Assembly: GCA_944320745.1 (NCBI GenBank)
Contig: CALUIN010000006.1
Span: 16,559 to 80,558, forward strand
Reading direction: 5' to 3'
Source: an uncultured Alloprevotella sp.
Lineage (GTDB): Bacteria > Bacteroidota > Bacteroidia > Bacteroidales > Bacteroidaceae
DNA: 64,000 nucleotides
Position 1 is the first letter of the stretch, and the number at the start of each line of letters is the position of its first letter. Made by a program: the position numbers and the translations under genes. The notes below the pieces were generated by a model. The model searched no databases and was not told the DNA's origin. It saw only the letters and a program-made list of their open reading frames with translations. This document shows positions 37,370 to 47,292 of the stretch, in pieces.

Positions 37370-38514
37370 GCCTGTGCGGCCAGATGGTTTCGCAGGGGAT
37401 TGGCATACATCGTCAGCAAGCGCTCGCGCAGAAAGGCTTCATCCTTGTCCGGCAAGTCCACCAAGTCGATGCGCTCCCGGAGATACTGCTCGAAGCGCGC
37501 TTTCTGCTCAGGAGTGTAGCGGTCGGCAAAGCGCGTCCCTCCCTCAAGCAAATCGAGCGCCACGTAGTTGTTCGGATAAATCCGGTAACCACGATGTATT
37601 GCCCGGTCCATGCGGGCAGCCAGTGCGACGAAGAATTTCCCCTTCGGCTCGTCGCGCAACTCTTCCAGCCAGTCGTTGACAGGTGCAGCCATCTGGTAGT
37701 GTATGCGCCCCTTGTAGCCGAAGATGCCCGTCTGCATGTTGCGCAGGTCGTCCTCAGGACTTTTCTTGAAGTGCGGATCGTCGCGCTTCTGCTGGAACTC
37801 CTTGGCTTTAAGGAAGTCGCACGGGTCGTACTCATAGGAAATGGTGAGCGGGACGATATTGAGCGCGTCCAGCCGCTCCAGCGGTGTGCCCTCGCCGCCC
37901 ATCGCCATCATCTTGAGGAGCGATTCCTGTGTGCGGTCGTCCGAGTCCTTGGCGCGTCCCTCGCGTTGCGCTATCCAGATGCACGAATGTTTTTGACTCA
38001 CCACGTAGTGCATGTAGCGGCTCATTACCTGGCTGCTCCGCAGCATCTCGCGCATGCCCACCGAGCGCTTCACGATGAAGGACTTGTTGAGGCGGACGAG
38101 CGTGCGTATCCATGGGTAGACCAGCAGGTTGTCTCCCAGGGCTATTTCGGGCGTATCGGGAAATCCCTCGTCCACGAGTTTGGCCGAGAGCAGGGCGGCA
38201 TCGAGCACGATGTCCCTGTGGTTGGAAACGAAGGTGTAGCTCTGCGTCTTGTCCGGCAGGGCAGACGTGTCAATGGTGCAACCGTCGCTGTGACGGGCCA
38301 GAATCGCGCCGACCAAGGGGTAGAAAAACGTTTTCTGAAACTCGAGGTTGTCCTTGCAGGCATGGGCTTGCCGGCGCAGCATCTCCAAGGGTACGTCCTT
38401 GTAGAAGGAGGAAACTATGGCCGTGAACTGCGGGTCGGACAGCAAGCAGTCTATCGCCGCGGGCATTTCTTCCGGCGTAAACGGCCGGATGTCGTCAAAT
38501 TCTGCAGGTATCAT
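37366..38514 (-). CDS. Glycerol-3-phosphate/lysophospholipid acyltransferase family protein
   Basis: HX4D motif NHRDIVLD, IALGDNL, WIAQREGRAKD, ISYEYDPCD. Start at ATG 38514. Confidence 0.87.
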   Translation of the reverse strand: MIPAEFDDIRPFTPEEMPAAIDCLLSDPQFTAIVSSFYKDVPLEMLRRQAHACKDNLEFQKTFFYPLVGAILARHSDGCTIDTSALPDKTQSYTFVSNHRDIVLDAALLSAKLVDEGFPDTPEIALGDNLLVYPWIRTLVRLNKSFIVKRSVGMREMLRSSQVMSRYMHYVVSQKHSCIWIAQREGRAKDSDDRTQESLLKMMAMGGEGTPLERLDALNIVPLTISYEYDPCDFLKAKEFQQKRDDPHFKKSPEDDLRNMQTGIFGYKGRIHYQMAAPVNDWLEELRDEPKGKFFVALAARMDRAIHRGYRIYPNNYVALDLLEGGTRFADRYTPEQKARFEQYLRERIDLVDLPDKDEAFLRERLLTMYANPLRNHLAAQA

Positions 38515-38565
38515 GGTGTCAGTATTTTGCTTTAAGGGGCAGGCGCGCGTCCCGCGGCGCAAGGC

Positions 38566-38687
38566 ATGGGCTCGAGGCCCGCCGTTACGGGACTAAGGCG
38601 CGTCCGTACGGGGCTAAGCCCCGTCGCTACTCGGCTAAGGGGCGTTTTCAGCGGGCTAAGGCCCGTCTCCGCCGGACTGGGGCGCCG
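38566..38687. repeat. 21-bp phased quasi-palindromic array 6 (4 clear + 2 degenerate units)
   Basis: atgggcTCGAGgcccgc, acgggaCTAAGgcgcgt, acggggCTAAGccccgt, actcggCTAAGgggcgt, agcgggCTAAGgcccgt, gccggaCTGGGgcgccg at exact 21-bp steps. Confidence 0.93.
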
Positions 38688-38756
38688 GTCGCATTTGCCG
38701 GGCAGGCCGTCGTCCCGTCGTGTCAGCAGGAGCCGCGGGCCACGCAAACTGAAAGC

Positions 38757-39749
38757 TCAGGCCGTGTGGCCCTCTATGATTTCCGCGAGCACGTCCTTCA
38801 TTTCCAGACCGGCCGCACGCACCTGCTGGGGGATGAAACTCGTGGCCGTCATGCCGGGCGTCGTGTTGACTTCCAGCAGATTGATTGCCTCGCGCCCCAT
38901 TCCGCCGGTAAGGATATAGTCCACGCGGATAATGCCGTAGCAGCCCAGCAACGTATAGAGTCTCTGCGTCATCTGCTTCACGCGCTCGGTCGTGGCGGGC
39001 GTAAGCCGCGCGGGCGTGATTTCATTCACCTTGCCGTTGTACTTGGCGTCGTAGTCGAAGAACTCTTCGGACGTGACCACTTCGGTGATTGGGAAAACGA
39101 CGATCTGGCCGGAGCGCGCCTTGTATGCGCCGCAGGTGATCTCCGTCCCGCTCATCAGCCTCTCAACCATGACCTCGTCGCTCTCGTTCATGGCGCGGGC
39201 GATGGCGGGGTAAAGTTCGTCCACGGTTTTCGCTTTTGTCACGCCGAAACTGCTGCCGCCGGCATTCGGTTTCACGAAGCACGGCAGGCCCAGGCGGTTC
39301 GCTATCTCCTGGGCGGCGGGCAGTTGCTCGCCTTTGCGCAGCAGCAAGGAGTCGGAGATGTTGAGTTCGGGACAGGTGCGCAGGAACTGATTCAAGGCAA
39401 ACTTGTTGAAAGTAAGCGCCTCGACGAGCACATCGCTGGTGGAGTAAGGCACGCCTACGAGGTCGAAGTAGCCCTGAAGGATGCCGTTCTCGCCGGGCGT
39501 ACCGTGAATGGTGATATAAGCGAAGTCGAAAGCGTGACGGCCGTCGTGGGCGATAAAGGAAAAGTCGTTGCGATCGACGGGACAACGCTCGTCGCCATAG
39601 TGAACGGTCCAGTCCTTGCCTTTCATTTCCACAATGTAACAGTCATAACGGGCGGTGTCCATGAAGGACTGGATGCCCGCCGCGCTGCGCAGGGACACGT
39701 CGTGCTCGGACGAGTCGCCGCCTGCCACAATGGCAATAACCTTTTTCAT
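38757..39749 (-). CDS. ddl: D-alanine--D-alanine ligase
   Basis: GGDSSEHDVSLRS, IHGTPGENG.LQG, FVKPNAGGSSFGV, FFDYDAKY (Tyr-type omega loop), RVD, LEVNTTPGMT. Confidence 0.95.
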   Translation of the reverse strand: MKKVIAIVAGGDSSEHDVSLRSAAGIQSFMDTARYDCYIVEMKGKDWTVHYGDERCPVDRNDFSFIAHDGRHAFDFAYITIHGTPGENGILQGYFDLVGVPYSTSDVLVEALTFNKFALNQFLRTCPELNISDSLLLRKGEQLPAAQEIANRLGLPCFVKPNAGGSSFGVTKAKTVDELYPAIARAMNESDEVMVERLMSGTEITCGAYKARSGQIVVFPITEVVTSEEFFDYDAKYNGKVNEITPARLTPATTERVKQMTQRLYTLLGCYGIIRVDYILTGGMGREAINLLEVNTTPGMTATSFIPQQVRAAGLEMKDVLAEIIEGHTA

Positions 39750-39761
39750 GTCTTCGTGTAT

Positions 39762-40850
39762 TTAGTCATGTGTCGTTAATCCTGATTGCCGCCCCGCGAG
39801 GTATGTGTCCCAGCGCCTGAGCAGCTCGGTCATGTCCGCGGGCAGATCGGCCGTGAAGTCCATCTCCTGCCCCGTCCGCGGGTGCCTGAAGCCCAGGGTA
39901 CGGGCATGGAGGGCCTGGCGCGGGCATATCTCGAAACAGTGACGGACGAAAGCGGCATAGCTGCCGGACTTGACGCCGCGGAGTATCTGGTCACCGCCGT
40001 AGCGCTCGTCGCTGAAGAGCGGATGCCCGATGTGCTTCATGTGGGCCCTGATCTGATGGGTCCGCCCCGTTTCGAGCACGCACTCCACCCACGTCACGTA
40101 GCCGTAGCGCCTCAGAACGCGGTAATGGGTGACGGCCGGCTTGCCCACGCCGGAATCCGGCGGAAACACGGCCATTTGCATCCTGTCGCGCGGGTCGCGG
40201 CCTATGTTTCCCTCGATTCTCCCGGCCTCCTCGGCGAAGTCGCCCCACACGAGGGCGCGGTAACGGCGGCGCGTCGTCTTGTTGAAGAACTGCACGCCCA
40301 GCCGGGTCTTGGCATCGGGCGTCTTGGCCACGACGAGCAGCCCGGAGGTGTCCTTGTCAATGCGGTGCACCAAGCCCACGCCAGGATCGTTCGGGTCGTA
40401 GGCCGGACAGTCGCGCAGGTGCCAGGCTATGGCATTGACCAGCGTGCCCGTGTAATTGCCGCAACCGGGATGTACAACCAGTCCCGCGGGCTTGTTCACG
40501 ACGATAAGGTCGGCATCCTCGTAAACGATGTCCAAGGGAATGTCCTCCGGTTCTATGGTAAACTCATAGCGCGGCCTGTCCAGCAACAGGGTCACCACGT
40601 CGGCCGGCTTCACGCGGTAATTGCTCTTGACCGGCTGCCCGTTCACGTGGACAAATCCGGCACGCGCCGCCATCTGGATGCGGTTGCGCGACGTGTCGGG
40701 CAAGTGGTCCAGGAGGAAGCGGTCCACGCGCAGCAACTGCTGGCCGCGGTCCGCCACCACGCGAAAGTGTTCATAGAGCCCGCCGTTCTCGTCCTCGGGA
40801 TCCTCCGCGCCCGGCTGTGCCGATTGCGGCAAGTGCTTCTCTTCTGTCAT
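39762..40850 (-). CDS. rluD: RluA-family 23S rRNA pseudouridine synthase (RluD-like)
   Basis: N-terminal S4 domain, VVNKPAGLVVHP, catalytic VHRIDKDTSG, LETGRTHQIR, RQALHA. Confidence 0.9.
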   Translation of the reverse strand: MTEEKHLPQSAQPGAEDPEDENGGLYEHFRVVADRGQQLLRVDRFLLDHLPDTSRNRIQMAARAGFVHVNGQPVKSNYRVKPADVVTLLLDRPRYEFTIEPEDIPLDIVYEDADLIVVNKPAGLVVHPGCGNYTGTLVNAIAWHLRDCPAYDPNDPGVGLVHRIDKDTSGLLVVAKTPDAKTRLGVQFFNKTTRRRYRALVWGDFAEEAGRIEGNIGRDPRDRMQMAVFPPDSGVGKPAVTHYRVLRRYGYVTWVECVLETGRTHQIRAHMKHIGHPLFSDERYGGDQILRGVKSGSYAAFVRHCFEICPRQALHARTLGFRHPRTGQEMDFTADLPADMTELLRRWDTYLAGRQSGLTTHD

Positions 40851-41548
40851 TCTGTGCCAAATTCTTCCAGAATACCGTACGCGGCGCTGTCCATACCGGT
40901 GTAGCCGCTGCCGCCCTCTTCGAGGAAGATTTCCTCAGCCGACGGATCGTAGAGGCCATAGTCCAGGCTGTCCTCGCCGTAGAGCGCGTCGTCCGCGCGG
41001 CCGTCGCCCACGACGAGCGTCACGGCCGATGTCACCGGCACGCGGGTTCCGGACGACACACTGACGCCGTCCACCTTCAAGCCGTAGACCCAATCCTGGT
41101 CTCCCTCGGTCAGTTCCACCCGCACGTCGCGGAAGCCCATAGCCTTGAGTTTCGCCTCGGCCTCGCGCCGGGAGCTGTTGTCGGCCAGGTCGGGCAGGGC
41201 TATAGCGCGGGCCTCAGACGCGTTGATGGTCAGCCCCACGATGCGGCCCGCCTTGACGTGTTGCCCGGCGCGCAGGGACTGTTCCAGCACCACGTTGCCG
41301 GGGTAGGCCTCCACGTAGCCGGTATCCGTCACCTCGCCTGCCAGGCCCATCTCATCGAGTATCTGCAGGGCCTGGTCTACGCTCTTGCCGCGCAGGCTGG
41401 GCACCTCGATGCTCTTGCCATGGTGCGTGTAGGCGGAAAGGAAGAACAGCGTCCCTCCGACGAGCAGCCCCGTGGCCAGAACCATGCCCAGGCAATTGGC
41501 AATCAATATCTTGCTGAATATTTTCTTAAAGAATCCGGATACCGTCAT
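40847..41548 (-). CDS. PASTA domain-containing membrane protein
   Basis: TM helix, then YTHHGKSIEVPSLRG and a second LPDL PASTA-like repeat; TATCTTTG on the minus strand at 41640-41647. Confidence 0.85.
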   Translation of the reverse strand: MTVSGFFKKIFSKILIANCLGMVLATGLLVGGTLFFLSAYTHHGKSIEVPSLRGKSVDQALQILDEMGLAGEVTDTGYVEAYPGNVVLEQSLRAGQHVKAGRIVGLTINASEARAIALPDLADNSSRREAEAKLKAMGFRDVRVELTEGDQDWVYGLKVDGVSVSSGTRVPVTSAVTLVVGDGRADDALYGEDSLDYGLYDPSAEEIFLEEGGSGYTGMDSAAYGILEEFGTE

Positions 41549-41734
41549 GTCGTTTTCGTTTGGGCGGACCTTGCGGCGGGCTGCGGATGCCGCAGGCGCG
41601 GTGTCCGCTCCCTCAGGGCGGCCACGCGCTACCGCTCGCCAAAGATACTATAAAAAAACGAGAGAAGTTAAAGGCTTTTTCTAAAAAACCCTTACTTCTC
41701 CCCAAGGCTTACGTTCTAACCTCCGCAACGAGGA

Positions 41735-41893
41735 TTATCTCTTGCCGTGAACCTCGTCGGAAACAGTCAATTTCTTGCGGCCCTTTGCGCGGCGCGAAGC
41801 CAGGACGCGGCGGCCATTGGCGGTTTGCATGCGCTGGCGGAAGCCATGCTTGTTGTTTCTCTTTCTGTTGTGAGGCTGGAATGTTCTTTTCAT
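41735..41893 (-). CDS. rpmH: 50S ribosomal protein L34 (absent from the ORF track, 52 aa)
   Basis: Manual translation: [52 protein letters not shown]; TAAATTTG on the minus strand at 41941-41948. Confidence 0.97.
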   Translation of the reverse strand: MKRTFQPHNRKRNNKHGFRQRMQTANGRRVLASRRAKGRKKLTVSDEVHGKR

Positions 41894-41987
41894 TTTCTTA
41901 TGCTGTTATTAATTATTTCTGCTACTACGCTTTTGGGCTGCAAATTTACTATTTATTATCCAATTTTGCAAGGCGCGCGCCCATTTT

Positions 41988-43091
<1,104 letters not shown>

Positions 43092-43204
43092 TTACGCTTT
43101 CGCGGCCGCCTGGCCGCCGTGCAAAGTTACGAAATCTTTCCCATCCGGCTGCTTCCCGCGCGGCCTATTCGCCGCACGGCGGGAGCCGGCACGGGGCTGC
43201 GGCC

Positions 43205-43741
43205 TCAGAGGTCAAGGCCCATGATGTAGTCGGTCATGAAGTAGCCGTGGCCTATGGGGAAATCGCCCGCGCGCAAACGGCGCATGCCCATGTGCTCGTA
43301 GAAACCGAGCGCCGGATTGTGGCGATTCACGTTGAGCTCCACGCGGCACGGACCGGGATGCAGCCGCCGCACGTGCGCCAAGGCTGTGCGGAAAAGCGTC
43401 TGCCCGATGCCGCCGCGCTGGCTGGCGGGCAGGACGTAGATTTTCTGCAAATGGAACACGTCCGCGCTTTCCTGCTGTACGGAAACGTAGCCGCACGGCC
43501 GTCCGGCCTGTTCTGCCAGATAGAACGTGTGGCCGTCGACCTCCATCTGGCGGCGCAGGCTTTCTTCGGAATACATCCACTCCATCATGTAGTCCAGCTG
43601 TTCGGGCGAAAGCAGGGAGCGGTAGGTGGCCGGAAAGGCCACGGCGGCCACTTGGCGGATCAGGCCGATGTCCGCCACGGTGGCCGGGCGGACGGTCAGG
43701 CGGCCGGAACCGGCCGCCGGTTCTTCTTGTGTGACTGTCAT
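43205..43741 (-). CDS. GNAT family N-acetyltransferase
   Basis: HLQKIYVLPASQRGGIG, LNVNRHNPALGFYEHMG. Start at ATG 43741. Confidence 0.88.
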   Translation of the reverse strand: MTVTQEEPAAGSGRLTVRPATVADIGLIRQVAAVAFPATYRSLLSPEQLDYMMEWMYSEESLRRQMEVDGHTFYLAEQAGRPCGYVSVQQESADVFHLQKIYVLPASQRGGIGQTLFRTALAHVRRLHPGPCRVELNVNRHNPALGFYEHMGMRRLRAGDFPIGHGYFMTDYIMGLDL

Positions 43742-43816
43742 AAGCGTCAATATTTTATCGTACGGGGCGCCTCCTCGGCATGTCGGCGCCGCGCGCCGCC
43801 GACGCGCATTGTGCGC

Positions 43817-43900
43817 GGTAGCCTAAGCGCGGCCGACACGGGGCTAAGGGGCGTAGAAACGGGGCTAAGCCCCGTGCCGACTGGCCTAAGGCCCGTGGCT
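43817..43900. repeat. 21-bp phased quasi-palindromic array 7 (4 units)
   Basis: ggtagcCTAAGcgcggc-cgac, acggggCTAAGgggcgt-agaa, acggggCTAAGccccgt-gccg, actggcCTAAGgcccgt-ggct. Confidence 0.93.
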
Positions 43901-43939
43901 GAGCGACGGCGGAGGGGGCGGACCGCCACAGAGGCGACA

Positions 43940-45274
43940 TCAGATGCGCTTCATCCGCCAGTTTCCCCACCGGATGTAGGCCCAGGAAAGGAAGAGGGCC
44001 AACACGCCGTACACGTGCTCGCTGGTCCAGCATACGGACAGGTCGGAACGCATCCGGAACACGATGACCCAGACGTAGAGCGTATAGACCGTGAGAGAAA
44101 TGAGTTCGAAGAGGAGGGCCGTGCGCGTGTTGCCGGTGCCGGAGACGGCGTGGAAATAGATTTGGGCCGGAATGGTGAGCACGTAGGATGTGCCCAGCAC
44201 ATAGAGCGGTGCGCGCCCGGCCGCTATCAGCGCTTCCTCATTAGTGAAAATGCGCAAGACGAGGTCCGGAAAGGCGGACATCAGCACCCACACAGGCACC
44301 AGGATGAAGAAGCCCAGGCGCACGGTGCGCCGCAGCATGGGCCGCACGGCATCGGCCTCGCCCTGCCCCATAAGGTTACTGGTCAGCGTGCTGGCCGTCG
44401 AAGCCAACGCAATGACGGTCATGAACGTAAAGGAGGAGATGTTGCGGATGATGTTGGTCACCGCGAGCGGGCGCTCGCCCAGATGCTCCACCGCGAGCAT
44501 GAAGAGGAACCACGTGGACAGGGAAATGAAATTCTGCACCATGGTCCAGATGCTGATGCCCAGCACCCGGCTCAGAATGGAGAGGCGCAAGCGCGGCAGA
44601 ACGTTGAGCCCGTAGCGGCGGTAGTCCATGCGGAAGCGCGTGTAGCAGATGAAGAAAATCATGGAGACGGCCTCGGAGAGCGAGGAGCCCATGGCGGCGC
44701 CGGCGATGCCGAAAGCGGGCAGGCCGCACTTGCCGTAGATCAGGATGTAATTGAACACGACGTTGCAGGCCACCATGGTGAGCGAGTTGAGCGTCAGGGT
44801 GCGCGTGTGGGTCGTGGCCACGTAGAACGAGCGGAACATGGAGGCGACAAAGGCAAAGAAGAAGCCGTAGACGCGCCAGTCCAGATAGTCCTCGGCGGCC
44901 TTGCAGACGGCGGGCGAGGAGACGATGCGCTCCAGCACGTAAGGGCCCCACGCGCGGGTGACGAAAAAGAGCACAGCGGCCATGAGGAGCAGGAAAGCCA
45001 CGCCGTGATAGAAGATGCTGCCGATGCGTCCGTAGGCGCCCTCGCCGTTGCGACGGCCCATCAGGATCTGTGCGCCCACGCAGAAGCCCATGCCGAGCAT
45101 GAAGATAGCGATGTAGAACACGCCGCCGATGGCGCAGGCGCCGAGTTCCACCTCGCCGACGCGCCCCAGGAAGGCGGCATCGGTCATGCCGATGAGCTGC
45201 TCCATCAGCACGCTTATAAGTATGGGAAAGGCTATGCGCCAGATCTGGCCGTAGGTGTATGTCTTGCCGGGCAT
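43940..45274 (-). CDS. MATE family efflux transporter
   Basis: About 12 TM helices; IAFPI..., DAAFLGRVG..ELGA, NYILIYG..G.P.FGIAGAA, GTGNTR. Confidence 0.92.
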   Translation of the reverse strand: MPGKTYTYGQIWRIAFPILISVLMEQLIGMTDAAFLGRVGEVELGACAIGGVFYIAIFMLGMGFCVGAQILMGRRNGEGAYGRIGSIFYHGVAFLLLMAAVLFFVTRAWGPYVLERIVSSPAVCKAAEDYLDWRVYGFFFAFVASMFRSFYVATTHTRTLTLNSLTMVACNVVFNYILIYGKCGLPAFGIAGAAMGSSLSEAVSMIFFICYTRFRMDYRRYGLNVLPRLRLSILSRVLGISIWTMVQNFISLSTWFLFMLAVEHLGERPLAVTNIIRNISSFTFMTVIALASTASTLTSNLMGQGEADAVRPMLRRTVRLGFFILVPVWVLMSAFPDLVLRIFTNEEALIAAGRAPLYVLGTSYVLTIPAQIYFHAVSGTGNTRTALLFELISLTVYTLYVWVIVFRMRSDLSVCWTSEHVYGVLALFLSWAYIRWGNWRMKRI

Positions 45275-45377
45275 AAATTCTTTTTCTGCTGTTAAACGTT
45301 AAGCGCCGCGAAATTAGCACTTTTTTCGCAGACGGCCAACAGCGGCAGCGGCATAGTCCCGGCTGCACGCGGGCCAC

Positions 45378-45421
45378 AAAAAAGGCGGGACGCCTGCGCC
45401 TGTCGCGCATCGCGTCCCGCC
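45378..45421 (-). terminator. Terminator of the GH109 gene
   Basis: Stem ggcgggacgc / gcgtcccgcc, with an A6 run on the plus strand giving a U-tract on the minus strand. Confidence 0.7.
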
Positions 45422-45446
45422 CGATGGGGTGTGCGGTTTGCCTGGA

Positions 45447-47105
45447 TTATTTGGCAGCAAACTTCTTCATGGCCTTGGCCACCTGCTTCTGGGCCTTCTC
45501 CACGGCCTTCGTGTAAGCCTTCAGCGCCTTGGAGGACTCGGGATTCTTGGCGAGTTCGTCATAGAGCGCCCACAAGTCGTTGTCGGCGGCAGCCTGCTTC
45601 TGGGCCTCAGTGCTGGCGTTGGCGGCAGCCTCGGCGGCAGCCTCATCCTCGGCAGAAGCAAAGGCGTGGCGGAAGCCCTTCAGGTCGTTCCAATGGCCGC
45701 GGGTGAAGTCGGGCACGGACACGGACGCGCAGTTGTTATCCATGGAGAGCGAGCCGAGTTCAGCCAGACAGCACCACTCAGCCAGGTCGTAGACGTCCAT
45801 GTCGAGGGGCAGACCATTCTGCAGGCAGTAAACCATGCGGGCGTCCATGATGAAGTCCATACCGCCGTGGCCGCCTACTTCCTTGGCCATCTCGCCGTAC
45901 TTCTTCAGGATGGGGTGCTGGTACTGGGCCTCGAGGGCTTTCTTCTCAGCCTCGGGCATGAAGCCGTGCGCGCTGAGGTCGTCCACCTTGGGCGTATGGC
46001 CGGTGGCCTTGAGCTGGGCGGCATCGACAGCATAACCTTCTACGGGATACTTGTTGGCAAAGCCCTTGGTACCGGTCAGCTGATAGAGACGGTTGTAGGG
46101 CTGGGGATTCATCACGTCGTGCTGGATTTCGATGACCTTGCCGTTCTCCGTGCGGATGAGCGTCGTGGTGTGGTCGCCGTTGCGGAAGTTGTCGCAGGGC
46201 TTGCCCGTAGCTTTTTCCACATAGTCCCTGCCATGTACGGACTTCGTGTCCATGGCGACAAGCGTGCGGAAACGGTCGCCGCGGTGGATGTCGAGGGCCT
46301 GGGCTACCGGACCGAGGCCGTGGGTGGCGTAGACATCGCCGCGGTTCTCCATGTTGTACTTCATACGCCAGCCGAGCTTGCCGGGATCGCTCTCCGGATT
46401 CTTCCAGTATGCCCCCCAGAAGTCGTCGAGGTTGTGAATGTAGGCACCCTGGGCGCGGATGATTTCACCGAACACGCCGTGCTGGGCCATGTTGAGCGTA
46501 TTCATTTCGAACCAGTCGTAGCAGCAGTTCTCCAGAATCATACAGTGTTTGCGCGTCTTCTCGGAGAGGTCGATGAGCGCCCAGCACTGTTCCAGATTCA
46601 TGGCCGAGGGGACTTCGATGGCAGTGTTCTTGCCGTTCTCGAGCGCGCACTTGGCTACGGGGAAATGGTGTTCCCAGTCCGTGGCAACATACACGAGGTC
46701 GATGTCGGAGCGCTTGCAAAGCTCCTCGTAGCCCTTGGCGCCGGTATAGATGGCTGCGGGGGGCAGGCCGGCCTTGCGCAGGAACTGCTGGCAGGCCTCG
46801 GCGCGCTTGGGCTCATAGTCGCAGAGGGCTACGATCTGCACGCCGGGAATGTGCGTAAAGCGTTCCACTGCGCCGGGACCACGCATGCCCAGGCCGACGA
46901 AGCCTACGCGGACCGTCTGCATCTTGGGCGTGGTGAGGTTGAGCACATGGGTCTGTCCGGCAGGGCGTTCGGGCGTTTCCACTACGATGGTGCCCTTGTC
47001 CCAATGCCACTTGGTAGAAGGTGAAAGCGACTGGGCTGCCACTTGCTGTCCGGCGAAAGCGAACAGCGCAGCAAAAGCCGCTGTCATGAGTTTGTTGAAC
47101 TTCAT
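45447..47105 (-). CDS. Glycoside hydrolase family 109 (NAD+-dependent N-acetylgalactosaminidase, Gfo/Idh/MocA fold)
   Basis: Rossmann VGFVGLGMRG, EVP, MILENCCY, YATHGLGP, GGHGGMD loop; signal peptide; tandem TAnnTTTG elements on the minus strand at 47174-47189. Confidence 0.88.
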   Translation of the reverse strand: MKFNKLMTAAFAALFAFAGQQVAAQSLSPSTKWHWDKGTIVVETPERPAGQTHVLNLTTPKMQTVRVGFVGLGMRGPGAVERFTHIPGVQIVALCDYEPKRAEACQQFLRKAGLPPAAIYTGAKGYEELCKRSDIDLVYVATDWEHHFPVAKCALENGKNTAIEVPSAMNLEQCWALIDLSEKTRKHCMILENCCYDWFEMNTLNMAQHGVFGEIIRAQGAYIHNLDDFWGAYWKNPESDPGKLGWRMKYNMENRGDVYATHGLGPVAQALDIHRGDRFRTLVAMDTKSVHGRDYVEKATGKPCDNFRNGDHTTTLIRTENGKVIEIQHDVMNPQPYNRLYQLTGTKGFANKYPVEGYAVDAAQLKATGHTPKVDDLSAHGFMPEAEKKALEAQYQHPILKKYGEMAKEVGGHGGMDFIMDARMVYCLQNGLPLDMDVYDLAEWCCLAELGSLSMDNNCASVSVPDFTRGHWNDLKGFRHAFASAEDEAAAEAAANASTEAQKQAAADNDLWALYDELAKNPESSKALKAYTKAVEKAQKQVAKAMKKFAAK

Positions 47106-47292
47106 AAGGTTTGTACTATTTAGGTTTGATATTAATAAAGTTAATTGTCACGCTGACATTTTGTCCGACGCCACAAAGTTACAAAATTATTGTAGATTTA
47201 CTCCCCCCCTACACAGGTTTTGCATTTTTTAATCCCTTGCTCCGACAGGAGCTGGCAGGCTTGTATGCAGACGTTGCCCACTCCGGGACGAC

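Noticed and set aside
38757-39749. Ddl as a D-Ala-D-Lac (vancomycin-resistance type) ligase
   Set aside because: The omega loop has Tyr (DYDAKY) and there are no van genes; this is a housekeeping context.
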